DNA of 28,116 nt from Candidatus Iainarchaeum sp. (GTDB lineage: Archaea; Iainarchaeota; Iainarchaeia; Iainarchaeales; 0-14-0-20-34-12): the NCBI GenBank assembly GCA_030649345.1, contig JAUSKK010000027.1:1-28116 (forward strand), written 5' to 3'. A program made the translations under genes and the position numbers. This document shows, piece by piece, positions 1 to 9,203 of the stretch. Position 1 is the stretch's first letter, and each line of letters opens with the position of its first letter. The notes beneath the pieces are model-generated. The model saw only the letters and a program-made list of their open reading frames with translations, did no database searches and was not told the origin of the DNA.

Positions 1-1
1 A

Positions 2-82
2 ATAAAAGAAACTGCTGATAAAATCTTCAAAGAAAAAGACAAATCTCAATTCAAGACCCGTATCATTTACGTGTTTCAGTAA
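2..82 (+). CDS. 3' end of a CDS truncated by the window edge (..IKETADKIFKEKDKSQFKTRIIYVFQ*), function unknown
   Basis: Frame 2 is open from the window start to TAA at 80-82. Not in the ORF track because it is incomplete. No recognisable domain. Confidence 0.3.
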   Translation: MKETADKIFKEKDKSQFKTRIIYVFQ

Positions 83-90
83 TTATTGAA

Positions 91-462
91 TTGCAAACAG
101 TCGAAGAAGAATTACTCAAAAACTCCATTGAACAAATGAAAACCAGAATTGAAAAAAATCCAACCATCACAATCTATTCCTTGAAACAAGAAGCAATTCA
201 AAAATCAAACGAAGAAAACTACTCTACTTTTTTAGAAATTGAATTCAGTGTCAAAGACTTTGAAAGCCTAGTCAAATTTGTATACTTTTATGGCCCCAGC
301 AGTATTGAAATTTTAAAACCAGAAAAAGTAGAAATTGAAAACAATGACTTACAAGACGCCTTAATGTTTATGGCTGACATTAACTACAAATATGCTGACT
401 TGGTAACCAAAAATATGAACAAAAGACAATTAGAAGAATTCTACCAATCAGTATTTAAATAA
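91..462 (+). CDS. hypothetical protein, 123 aa
   Basis: ORF with coding-like composition starting 9 nt after the previous stop. The track start is TTG; an in-frame ATG lies at 136. No family recognised. Confidence 0.5.
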   Translation: MQTVEEELLKNSIEQMKTRIEKNPTITIYSLKQEAIQKSNEENYSTFLEIEFSVKDFESLVKFVYFYGPSSIEILKPEKVEIENNDLQDALMFMADINYKYADLVTKNMNKRQLEEFYQSVFK

Positions 463-614
463 AAAAATCGTCAATCAGCGAAATTTCAATTGTTTGAGGT
501 TTGTTTAATACAAAAATAAAACCTATTACGTTGATTGTCTTTTCAATATTCGCTTAAATACGAAAATTTAGCCCTATTGTGTTTTGGTTCTTTGAAAAGA
601 ACTGGTTTTAACGA

Positions 615-628
615 AAAGTATTTAAATG
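615..628 (+). promoter_or_regulatory. candidate archaeal BRE/TATA promoter for the surface-protein gene
   Basis: AAAGTATTTAAATG lies about 85 nt upstream of the ATG at 712. A GAGGTGA Shine-Dalgarno-like site at 697-703 sits 8 nt before that ATG. Confidence 0.35.
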
Positions 629-711
629 AAATCTTCAACTTAATAGTAATCGTCCAGATAGCCATACATAGCTGTCTGAACATAATGTTCAATTATGAGG
701 TGAAACAAAAC

Positions 712-3700
712 ATGAATGGATTAAATGTCAAGAAATTAGTTGCTTTAGGAATTGGAGCAGCCTTAGTTGGTGCTGCAGTAGCCCCTTTAGCCAGTGCACA
801 AGCACTAGATAGAAGCGCTTTGTTTAATGAAAGCGGAGATCCTATTGTTGACGTTGTAGTAGGTGCTGGAAGTCAGCCTAGCGACGGAGTATGGGCCGCT
901 AATATTGCTGCAAAACTTGCACAATTAGCTTATGTTGAAGTAGCTGGAACTACAGATGCAACCGGAACTTACACAGGAACTATCTCTACCGGTGGCGGAG
1001 AAGAATCAATTAGCTCAACAGGTTCATATGTTATTGACACCAATACTATGAGTTCTACATCTGGAGCAAAAGAATTTGGAAGAGTAACTTACACCAGATC
1101 TCAATTGCCTTGGTTAGTAGATAAAGCATACACTCAATTATTGAATAGTACAAATTATTCAGTAACTATTAAAGAAGAAATTCACGTAAATTGTGATTTA
1201 TTATTTGATTATACAAGAACTACAGTCGCTGATTTGGTTGGAACTTGCCCTGGTGTAGGAGATTTTAATTACACAGTTGCAGCTTCATCTGGACAGCCTT
1301 TGGTTGTTTTAGATGCTGCCACAGGAACTACTACAGATTTCTCTGATGGTTCAGACGACTATATTGTTGTGCCTTTCTTTGGACAAGAATACACTGTATT
1401 TAGTGTAACCACAAGCGGAACAAAACCAAGTGAAACTATCTCTAGTATAAAATTAGCAAAATCAGCTAATGAAAGAACATTGGTTGCCGGTGAAGAATTG
1501 GAAGTTGCTGGAGTTAACAACTATGCTGGTCAAACTTTGAAATTAAAATTAGATGGTGTTTCACAAACAAGTTCAGGTGGAACTTACAGCGGATCTTTTG
1601 TTGTAACTGATGAAGAAGGAAACCAAGTTGTCAGTCTAAATACTGGTGACGGAATTTTCTTAGCTCAGTCTTTAAGAGACGCTTCAGGTCAATTAGTAAC
1701 CAGTACTGAAAATTATATTAGCAGAATAAGTTTGGATGTTTCCAGAGATCCTGCTGTTGGAAGTGTTGTATTGTTGACTGGATCCGATATTTTGGATTTA
1801 AGAGCTGATCAATATCCATTCAATTCTTCAGATTCTGACACTAGTAATGATCGCTGGAAAGTTGCATTTGGTCCACATGTTAATTCTAGCAGTCCAGATG
1901 TAAATGCTATCAGTACAATCAGTGTTTACAACAATAATATTTCGGTTTCGTTAAGAGACAGTACCAATCCATTGTACTCTAAAAATAGTTCTCTGACTGG
2001 AAAAGGAACTGAAAGTGAATGGAATTTCTTAGCTGGTGAACCAGTAGGAACAAACGGAAAAGATTTTGTTATCATGCGATTTGATGGTTGGAAAACGGAT
2101 AATATTAGATTTTCAACTTTGACAATCGGTGGAAGTGTTTCAGGAAGTTCATCTGGATCCAGTACTGGAGTTGTTTACAAAGACAGTACAGGATTTGAAC
2201 ACAAAGTTCCATTCTATTATACTTTGAGCACAAGCTCTCAAGGTGGAAGTACTTTCACATTAGATGGTGCAACCTTCTACTATAGAGTAAGTACATCAGA
2301 TTTGAATTTTACTTTAGCTGGTGGAGACACAAATATAATTAATGGATACAATCCAATAAAGACACTGCTTGATGCAAACTTGCCACTTAATACTGATCAA
2401 GGTGACTTGAATTTTTCAAGCCTAAGTGTTGGAGTAGTATCGGGTGTGGCTTTAGGTGCAACCAGAAATATTGACTTAAATGGTGTCAATTATTATTGTA
2501 CAAGAACTAGTGCAACAGGTCATGCATTGAATTGTGCCGCTGATGGAAATCTGATGGTTTCTACAAATGGTAAAAGTTTCAGTCCAGAGCCTGTAGCCGG
2601 TGATGTAATTGGTGGAACCAATCAAAATCGTACTTGGTATTATGATGATGGTAACCTTGCTGGTAAAACAACCAGAGCAATTAATCAATTGGCAATAACA
2701 TCCACAACTGGAATGAATAGTAAAACCTATAACTATGTTCCATATGTTAATGAAACACAAGGAAGAATGTACTTGTTATTAGGTGCAGGCGGTGTTGGTG
2801 GTCAAGCGATTACTGATACTGAAAACACCAATTCCTTTGACTTTACATTCTATGGAACAGACACAGGAGAAGACCTGATAGAAGATAGATACTTCTACTG
2901 GCCTGACTTCCAAGAGTTGCCAAACTTTGAAGGAAGCTCAACTATCTTAGGTCAAACTACAACTAAGTCGACTTCATCTCCAACTGGTGACAGTTCAGAC
3001 ACAGCTTATTTTACAGCTGTATTTGATGTAGACACCAATAAAGATGCTGCTTACAATGCAGAAGTATATGTTGATACATCTACTGGAAAATTGGTAACTT
3101 TGCCTAATGCAAATTTATCTATTGTTAGTGCTGATGTAAACTTCCATAATGGTCAACCAAGCGGTAACTTATGGAGCTTGTCTGATAGAACCGATGTTGT
3201 TGTATTACATGCAGGTTACGATGACTATGGGACAAAAATTTCTGTAGCTGACAAAGTTGCAACCTTTATGGTTCCACATGAAGCTGTAAAGACAAAAACA
3301 ACTTTCTATGGTTCAAGTACAACAGTAACAGTAAGTGAACCAGTAGTTGTAACTTACACCTGTAATCCAGGAGACACAGAAGTTGTAGTTGAAGTTGGCG
3401 GAAGTAACCAAACAGTTATCTGCCCAGGAGCAGCAGCTGCTGGAACAACAACCAGAGTTTACTCCACTGTTGAAGCAAGTGTTGTATTAGACAGTGACGC
3501 ATTCAATTCAGCTGGTCCCCACATTATTGTTGGTGGCCACTTGGTTAACACCTTGGCTGAAAGTGTTGTTTTAGCTGACGGAAGAACATCTGCTGAAGCT
3601 TTAACTCAATCTGGAGACAAAGTCATGGAAGTTTTAAGTAACGGAAATGTCTATGTAGCCGGTTGGACTGCAGCAGACACTCAATCAGCAGCCAGAGACT

Positions 3701-3732
3701 TAATTAGCGCTTTGGACAACTTAACTGAGTAA
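712..3732 (+). CDS. large secreted cell-surface (S-layer-like) protein, 1007 aa
   Basis: The ORF track extends to 535, but the internal ATG at 712 has a GAGGTGA RBS. It begins a classic signal peptide, MNGLNVKKLVALGIGAALVGAAVAPLASAQA. The mature part is S/T/G/N/V-rich with many N-x-S/T sequons and no TM segments, and a strong terminator follows. Confidence 0.8.
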   Translation: MNGLNVKKLVALGIGAALVGAAVAPLASAQALDRSALFNESGDPIVDVVVGAGSQPSDGVWAANIAAKLAQLAYVEVAGTTDATGTYTGTISTGGGEESISSTGSYVIDTNTMSSTSGAKEFGRVTYTRSQLPWLVDKAYTQLLNSTNYSVTIKEEIHVNCDLLFDYTRTTVADLVGTCPGVGDFNYTVAASSGQPLVVLDAATGTTTDFSDGSDDYIVVPFFGQEYTVFSVTTSGTKPSETISSIKLAKSANERTLVAGEELEVAGVNNYAGQTLKLKLDGVSQTSSGGTYSGSFVVTDEEGNQVVSLNTGDGIFLAQSLRDASGQLVTSTENYISRISLDVSRDPAVGSVVLLTGSDILDLRADQYPFNSSDSDTSNDRWKVAFGPHVNSSSPDVNAISTISVYNNNISVSLRDSTNPLYSKNSSLTGKGTESEWNFLAGEPVGTNGKDFVIMRFDGWKTDNIRFSTLTIGGSVSGSSSGSSTGVVYKDSTGFEHKVPFYYTLSTSSQGGSTFTLDGATFYYRVSTSDLNFTLAGGDTNIINGYNPIKTLLDANLPLNTDQGDLNFSSLSVGVVSGVALGATRNIDLNGVNYYCTRTSATGHALNCAADGNLMVSTNGKSFSPEPVAGDVIGGTNQNRTWYYDDGNLAGKTTRAINQLAITSTTGMNSKTYNYVPYVNETQGRMYLLLGAGGVGGQAITDTENTNSFDFTFYGTDTGEDLIEDRYFYWPDFQELPNFEGSSTILGQTTTKSTSSPTGDSSDTAYFTAVFDVDTNKDAAYNAEVYVDTSTGKLVTLPNANLSIVSADVNFHNGQPSGNLWSLSDRTDVVVLHAGYDDYGTKISVADKVATFMVPHEAVKTKTTFYGSSTTVTVSEPVVVTYTCNPGDTEVVVEVGGSNQTVICPGAAAAGTTTRVYSTVEASVVLDSDAFNSAGPHIIVGGHLVNTLAESVVLADGRTSAEALTQSGDKVMEVLSNGNVYVAGWTAADTQSAARDLISALDNLTE

Positions 3733-3744
3733 GTTTAACAAAAA

Positions 3745-3785
3745 GGAAGAGACTAACCTCTCTTCTCTTTTTTTCTCTTTTTTTA
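3745..3785 (+). terminator. stem-loop plus T-tract terminator after the surface-protein gene
   Basis: GGAAGAGA (3745-3752) pairs with TCTCTTCT (3759-3766) around loop CTAACC. It is followed by CTTTTTTTCTCTTTTTTT. Confidence 0.6.
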
Positions 3786-3826
3786 TTTCATTCTATTTTT
3801 TAAATCTTTTTTAATACATTTTCTTT

Positions 3827-4456
3827 ATGAATAAAACTAAAATTTTGCTTGGCATTGCTTTAGTATTGATTGCAGTCAATGCATTTTTTTTTAGTTTTGC
3901 TTTATTGAATAAGCCCAATTATGCATTTACTTCAGAAGTAAACGGAGTTTTACTGGTTTCCAATACTGGAAATCCATTTGATTTATTGAAAACATTTAGT
4001 GAAACTTATTCTATTAATTTAGCTCCCTTGTATTTGCCTTCAGATAAAAGTGTTGAAAATTCTGTTTTATTGAATAATTCGGTTATGCCTTTTGTTGTGG
4101 TATTGAATGCCAATGACAAAAATGCAGTTTTGGTTACTTTAAATAATGCAGTTGATTCAACAAATTTTTCAGATTGTTATACTAATTTTGGAGATGTGAA
4201 TACTTCTGAATTGCTTGCAAAAGAAGTTTGTCAAAGTTTACTGGCTAATTCCAATTCTAAAACAATTTATTTTCCGCACCCAGATCCAAATGTTTCTAAG
4301 CCAATGGCTGTAATTGAATTGAATCAAATTACTATAAAAGTATCCAGATATACTGATTTTCCTTTGGTTTCTTTGACTGTATTAAGACAATTATACAAAA
4401 ATACTGATGATGCTATTGGCCGTACAAATACTCTGGCCGCCATCTATACCCAGTAA
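3827..4456 (+). CDS. membrane-anchored/secreted hypothetical protein, 209 aa
   Basis: ATG start with an N-terminal hydrophobic anchor (KILLGIALVLIAVNAFFFSFALL). No known domain recognised. Confidence 0.6.
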   Translation: MNKTKILLGIALVLIAVNAFFFSFALLNKPNYAFTSEVNGVLLVSNTGNPFDLLKTFSETYSINLAPLYLPSDKSVENSVLLNNSVMPFVVVLNANDKNAVLVTLNNAVDSTNFSDCYTNFGDVNTSELLAKEVCQSLLANSNSKTIYFPHPDPNVSKPMAVIELNQITIKVSRYTDFPLVSLTVLRQLYKNTDDAIGRTNTLAAIYTQ

Positions 4457-4657
4457 AACATCTCAAAAAACGAATCAAAGGCACTATATTGTTCAAAATA
4501 ATGTGTTTTTGATTAAATTTTGTTGGGTGACTGCCTTAATTTAGGATTGTTTTTGAATTAATTTTTTGATTTTTTTTAATTTGTTTCCTTTTTCAATAGT
4601 TCCTTATTCTTTTTAATTAGATTATTTTAATATGGGTATTATTTGGGTTTTTTGTTT

Positions 4658-5953
4658 ATGCATTTGCGTGGTAAAACTATTTTTGTCTTTGGCTTATTTG
4701 TCTTGATTTCTGTCTTAGGTGTTTTGCTAAGTATTACTCCTTGGATGGTTCTTTTTTTGTCGTTGATTTTTTTAAGTGTTGCGTCTGTTTTTATTTTTGT
4801 TTACGAAGACTTCAGTGACAAATTGGTTTTAGGCAACAAAAAAATTAGTTATCCTTCTTTATCTGTTTTAATTCCTTGTTATAATGCTAGTGCTAGTATT
4901 CTGCAATGTGTTCAGGCAATTAAAAATATGGATTACCCTCAGCCATTTGAGGTTATTGTAATTGATGATGGCAGCAAAGATAATTCAGTTGCTTTGGTTA
5001 AAACTGTTTCGGGTGTTCGGGTTATTGTAAAAGAAAAAAATTCCGGAAAAGCCAATTGTTTAAATCTTGGGTTAAAAGAAGCTCAAGGTGAATTGGTTGT
5101 TTGCATTGATGCTGACACTTATCCTGAAAAAGATTGTTTAATGAAAATGGTGCCTTTGTTTGAGTCAGAAAAAGTAGGAGCTGTAACTGCTTTAATTAAA
5201 CCGTATAAGCCTTCAAATTTATTGCAGAGAATTCAATCCATTGAGTATTTGGTTGGTTTTGGTTTTTATCAGTCCATGTTGTCTGTAATGGATGCTGCTT
5301 TTGTTACACCTGGGCCAATGTGTGTTTATCGGAAAAAATATTTATTGGAAATAGGCGGATATGATGAACAAAATATTACTGAAGATATGGATATTGCATT
5401 GAATTTGCAAAAACATCATTATCAAATCAAAGCATGTCATTATGCCACAGTTTATACTGAAGTGCCTGTAACTTTGTCTCATTGGATTAAGCAAAGATTA
5501 CGATGGTATCGTGGTAAAATTTTTAACACAAAAAAATACAAAGATCTTTTGTTCAATAAAGAATATGGTCATTTAGGCCGGTTTACTTTGCCATTTACTT
5601 TTTTACTGGAACTTGCTTCAGTTTTGTCAATTTTTATTGTGTTGGCTAATTTGGCGGATGTTTTGTTTTATGCAGGAAACGTGTTTTTTATTGGGTTGTC
5701 GGTGGGTGTTGGCCCAAAACTTGAATTGCCTAAAATTATCATTAATTCTTCAACCGTTCTTTTTTATTTAATTATGCTGTTTATATTTAGTGTGAATTTG
5801 TATTTGGCATTCAAAGTATCTAGGCAAAAACTGAGTTTAAGTCAGTTTCCTGTAATGCTTGTGTTAATTATGGCATATACTACTGCCGTGGCTTTGATTT
5901 GGATGTATAGTTTGTTTTTAGAATTAAATCATGCAAAAAAGGTTTGGTTATAA
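4658..5953 (+). CDS. family 2 glycosyltransferase, processive beta-glycan synthase type (PgaC/IcaA/NodC/chitin-synthase-like)
   Basis: Motifs VIDDGSKDNS, CIDADT, ITEDMD and QRLRWYRG (QxxRW), with N- and C-terminal TM segments. ATG at 4658 is preferred over the TTG at 4643. Confidence 0.85.
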   Translation: MHLRGKTIFVFGLFVLISVLGVLLSITPWMVLFLSLIFLSVASVFIFVYEDFSDKLVLGNKKISYPSLSVLIPCYNASASILQCVQAIKNMDYPQPFEVIVIDDGSKDNSVALVKTVSGVRVIVKEKNSGKANCLNLGLKEAQGELVVCIDADTYPEKDCLMKMVPLFESEKVGAVTALIKPYKPSNLLQRIQSIEYLVGFGFYQSMLSVMDAAFVTPGPMCVYRKKYLLEIGGYDEQNITEDMDIALNLQKHHYQIKACHYATVYTEVPVTLSHWIKQRLRWYRGKIFNTKKYKDLLFNKEYGHLGRFTLPFTFLLELASVLSIFIVLANLADVLFYAGNVFFIGLSVGVGPKLELPKIIINSSTVLFYLIMLFIFSVNLYLAFKVSRQKLSLSQFPVMLVLIMAYTTAVALIWMYSLFLELNHAKKVWL

Positions 5954-6588
5954 TGAATTTTTACGTAAAAGCAATTTTGTTGACAATATTTTTTATGGCT
6001 GCTGGTTTGTTTATTGTGTATCAATTGGATTTGGTTTCAATTGGAAAAATCAGAACTCAATTGGATGACTTAAGTATTGAATTGGAAACATCCAAGCTGA
6101 TGTTTTTGTATTCTCAATCTTTGGATGATCAGAATGTTTATTGTTCTGTTTTGGAACGACAAATTGATACACAGGCTGGAAAATTAATGCCTTTACTTTC
6201 TTCTTTAGGAATTACTCAAAGAGAAATTTTTTTGGGTAATTTAGATCAAGTGAAAAAGCGTTATTTTTTAGCCAATGCGGAATTGTATTACTATTTACGG
6301 GAATCCAACAAAACTTGCTCTAAAGATGTTGCGTTGATTCTTTATTTTTATACTGATCAAACGCGATGTGCTGATTGTGAAGTGCAAGGAGAAATCTTGG
6401 ACCGCGTTCGAACTCATTGTTCTAATGCAAAAATTTTTGCTTTTCCAATTGATTTTAAATTAGAAATGGTTAATTTGTATTTATCTTTATTTGACGTAAG
6501 TTCTGCTCCGGCTATTGTTATTGATGAAAAAGAAACTTTGACTGGGCTGCAAACATATGAGTCGATTGTTGAAAAAATTCATTGTTAG
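5953..6588 (+). CDS. membrane-anchored thioredoxin-fold protein (CxxC)
   Basis: ATG at 5953 overlaps the upstream TAA by 1 nt (TAATG). It has an N-terminal TM helix. C-terminal part: YFYTDQTRCADCEVQG ... SSAPAIVIDEKETLTG, consistent with a thioredoxin-like CxxC and a cis-Pro region. Confidence 0.65.
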   Translation: MNFYVKAILLTIFFMAAGLFIVYQLDLVSIGKIRTQLDDLSIELETSKLMFLYSQSLDDQNVYCSVLERQIDTQAGKLMPLLSSLGITQREIFLGNLDQVKKRYFLANAELYYYLRESNKTCSKDVALILYFYTDQTRCADCEVQGEILDRVRTHCSNAKIFAFPIDFKLEMVNLYLSLFDVSSAPAIVIDEKETLTGLQTYESIVEKIHC

Positions 6589-6645
6589 TTTTTTTATTCC
6601 ATGTTTTTTTGTTTTTGATTAATTATTGGTTTCCAGCAGGCAATA

Positions 6646-7938
6646 ATGTATGGATTATTGCGGATTATTTGTATGGTTTATGGGTTTGCGAGTATTATGT
6701 TTGATGTTTTCTTTTGGATTGCTTTGGCTATTTCAGCTTTTTATATGATTTTGTTTGTATTTACTTTACTTTTTCGAACGCATATAAACGAAAAAGAGCC
6801 GGTATTTATTGAATCAAAGACACTATTTGTAAGTGTTCATATTCCGACTCGAAATGAATTGGTAGCTATTTCGTGTGCTAAAGCTTGTTTGGAGTTTGAT
6901 TATCCTCAAAATAAGTTTGAAATTTTGATTGGTGATGACAGTGACCAGCCGGAAGTTTCAAAAAAGCTTGCGGAATTTGCTCAACAGCATTCTTCCAGAG
7001 TTCGAGTGATTCAGCGGGCAAAAAATATTGGATTTAAGGCTGGAAACTTAAATAATTTAATTCCATTTTCTCGTGGAGAAATTTTTGTAATTTTTGATTC
7101 AGACTTTATTCCTAAAAAAGATTTTTTGAAAAGAATTATTGCCCCGTTTTTGTATGATTCAAAATTGGCTGCAGTTCAAGCTAGATGGAAGCCTAAAAAT
7201 TCAGGTCAAAATATTATTTCTATTCTGGCAGCCAATGTAGTGGAAGTATTTCATTATGTAATGATTCCATTCATGCGATGGGTTACAGGTACTGTGGTTA
7301 TTTGCGGTTCAGCGGAAGCTGTCCGAAAATCGTATTTAATTCAATATGGAAATTGGCAAAATGGAAGTTTAACGGAAGACATTGAATATTCGTTCCGATT
7401 AATTCAAGCAGGTCATACCATTACTTATTTGGAAAATTTAGAATGTGAATGCGAAGTTCCATTTAATGCTAAAGATTTGTACAGGCAACAAATGCGTTGG
7501 GCGTATGGTGTCATGAGTGCTTTTCGTCAGCACTTTATTGGAACCATGCTGTCTAAAATTCCGTTTAATCGAAAATTTTCATTGGGTTTAGCCAGTATTG
7601 GTTATTTGTTGACTGTGATTTTGGAAATTTTGTTTGTAGTGGGTTTCCTTAAATTAAGCGGAGTATTTATTTTTCCAGCCCAGCATATTTTGGTTTTGTT
7701 TTTGCAGACTTTATTTTATGTATTGTTAACCATTGGTCCGATTTTAGTGGCTGTTTTGGTTTTATTTATTACTCAAAAAGCAGATCAAATCTATAAATTT
7801 TTACTGTCTACGTTTTCGTACGGTATTTTGACTATTTATTATGTCAATGTAGGAATTTACAAAGCTTTATTCAATAAGCCAATGCAATGGTTTTTGGTTG
7901 CTAAATCTGGAAATACTTTGGCTGAAAAAAAGAACTAA
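6646..7938 (+). CDS. family 2 glycosyltransferase, cellulose-synthase-like processive type
   Basis: Motifs IGDDSD, GFKAGNLNN (resembles BcsA HAKAGNLN), FDSDF, LTEDIE and QQMRWAYG, plus multiple C-terminal TM helices. Confidence 0.85.
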   Translation: MYGLLRIICMVYGFASIMFDVFFWIALAISAFYMILFVFTLLFRTHINEKEPVFIESKTLFVSVHIPTRNELVAISCAKACLEFDYPQNKFEILIGDDSDQPEVSKKLAEFAQQHSSRVRVIQRAKNIGFKAGNLNNLIPFSRGEIFVIFDSDFIPKKDFLKRIIAPFLYDSKLAAVQARWKPKNSGQNIISILAANVVEVFHYVMIPFMRWVTGTVVICGSAEAVRKSYLIQYGNWQNGSLTEDIEYSFRLIQAGHTITYLENLECECEVPFNAKDLYRQQMRWAYGVMSAFRQHFIGTMLSKIPFNRKFSLGLASIGYLLTVILEILFVVGFLKLSGVFIFPAQHILVLFLQTLFYVLLTIGPILVAVLVLFITQKADQIYKFLLSTFSYGILTIYYVNVGIYKALFNKPMQWFLVAKSGNTLAEKKN

Positions 7939-7939
7939 C

Positions 7940-9199
7940 TTATTCCATTTCATTTGATTTAGTGATTTCTTGCAATACTGTGGTTGCATAATTTCCTTTA
8001 CTTAAACTGAACTGCAGTACACACGCCAGTTTTCCTGCATTGAATTCATCGGGTTGAATTTTTAATATTTTAAAGTTTTCTGGAATTAATGCAATCTCTT
8101 TTCTGGTTCCCTTGCACGAACATTCAGGTAAAACTTTTAATCTAAAGTCTTCAAATTGGACTTGTTCTTTTTCCAGTATTTGTTTTTCAATTTCTCCAAT
8201 TTTTCCTTCCGTAAATTGGCTATCGTATCCTGGCAGTAAAACCAAAGCAATGCCTTGTTCATTTACAGGTTCTCCTGGAATTGCTTTTATGCCTAATCCT
8301 TGATGAATTCGTTCTTGAATAATTTGATTAAAAATATGAGATTGATAAGCATGGGTTAAAAGATACCTTATTTTTTTTGGGAGTTTTTGCAATGCTCCGG
8401 AAAAATCGTTGGGGTTTTTAACTAAATGATTCAATAAAGCCAATTCAAAACTGGCTTTGGGAGAAAATTCTTTTAATGCTTTAGCATAATCTAAAGTTTC
8501 GCCTAAATTTTTTCGAGCTTGCTGCATTTCAATATCTTCTTTTTCTCCAATAACCGTCAAATAAGCTAGTACTGCTTCTTTTACTTTTCCCAAAACCAAA
8601 TATTTTCCAACAATATGTGTGACGCTTCTGTTGCCTCCGAATCGCTGTCCTCCAAAATAATTTGGAATTCCTTTGGAGAGTTCTGGAATGCAAATTTCGA
8701 GTCTTTTTTTTAATTCATTTTCGTCAAGTTCAATATTGCGTACTGTGATTGTGAATTGGTTTCCTTGAAGCATTCCCAATTCAATTCTTTGCGAACTCCA
8801 TTCAAAATTGCGTACATCCATTCCCCAAAGATTTTTTTTCTTTAATAATTCTGCATTGGGTTTCCATACATTGATTCTTTGACAAGTAATTCCGCGTTTG
8901 TCTTTTAAGCCAGCGTAACCTATGCGTTTTATGCTGACTTGAAGTGTTCGAGATAAAACTTTCATTGCAGTGACTGCGTCAATGTTTATTTTTTCTAAAT
9001 CAAAATTTAAGTAATCCAAATTTTCTTTGTTTTCCGGAATTTGAATTTCTGTTTTAGGCTGATTTTCATGAATAAATCGTTGTACTTCACAAATCGTTCC
9101 ATTGGTTTGAATTTCTTCTACGATGAAATCCGTGTATCTGCGTTTAATTTGTCCGCCGGTACCTGGAAAGGTTGTTCCGTATGAAAAAGTTTGAGCCAT
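7940..9199 (-). CDS. truD: tRNA pseudouridine synthase TruD/Pus7 family
   Basis: N-terminal DFIVEE, catalytic-Asp motif GYAGLKDKRGIT, and NYFGGQRFG. 419 aa. Confidence 0.9.
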   Translation of the reverse strand: MAQTFSYGTTFPGTGGQIKRRYTDFIVEEIQTNGTICEVQRFIHENQPKTEIQIPENKENLDYLNFDLEKINIDAVTAMKVLSRTLQVSIKRIGYAGLKDKRGITCQRINVWKPNAELLKKKNLWGMDVRNFEWSSQRIELGMLQGNQFTITVRNIELDENELKKRLEICIPELSKGIPNYFGGQRFGGNRSVTHIVGKYLVLGKVKEAVLAYLTVIGEKEDIEMQQARKNLGETLDYAKALKEFSPKASFELALLNHLVKNPNDFSGALQKLPKKIRYLLTHAYQSHIFNQIIQERIHQGLGIKAIPGEPVNEQGIALVLLPGYDSQFTEGKIGEIEKQILEKEQVQFEDFRLKVLPECSCKGTRKEIALIPENFKILKIQPDEFNAGKLACVLQFSLSKGNYATTVLQEITKSNEME

Positions 9200-9203
9200 A
9201 AAG

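Noticed and set aside
535-711. The N-terminal 59 codons the ORF track adds to the surface-protein gene
   Set aside because: The extension starts at a non-ATG codon, has no signal peptide and contains the likely promoter. The internal ATG at 712 has a GAGGTGA RBS and starts a textbook signal peptide.
2476-2760. 94-aa antisense ORF inside the surface-protein gene
   Set aside because: It lies entirely within a much longer, well-supported CDS on the other strand. Its Cys/Ile-rich shadow-frame composition is typical of antisense artefacts.
8112-8303. 63-aa ORF antisense to truD
   Set aside because: It is a shadow ORF inside a confidently identified gene.
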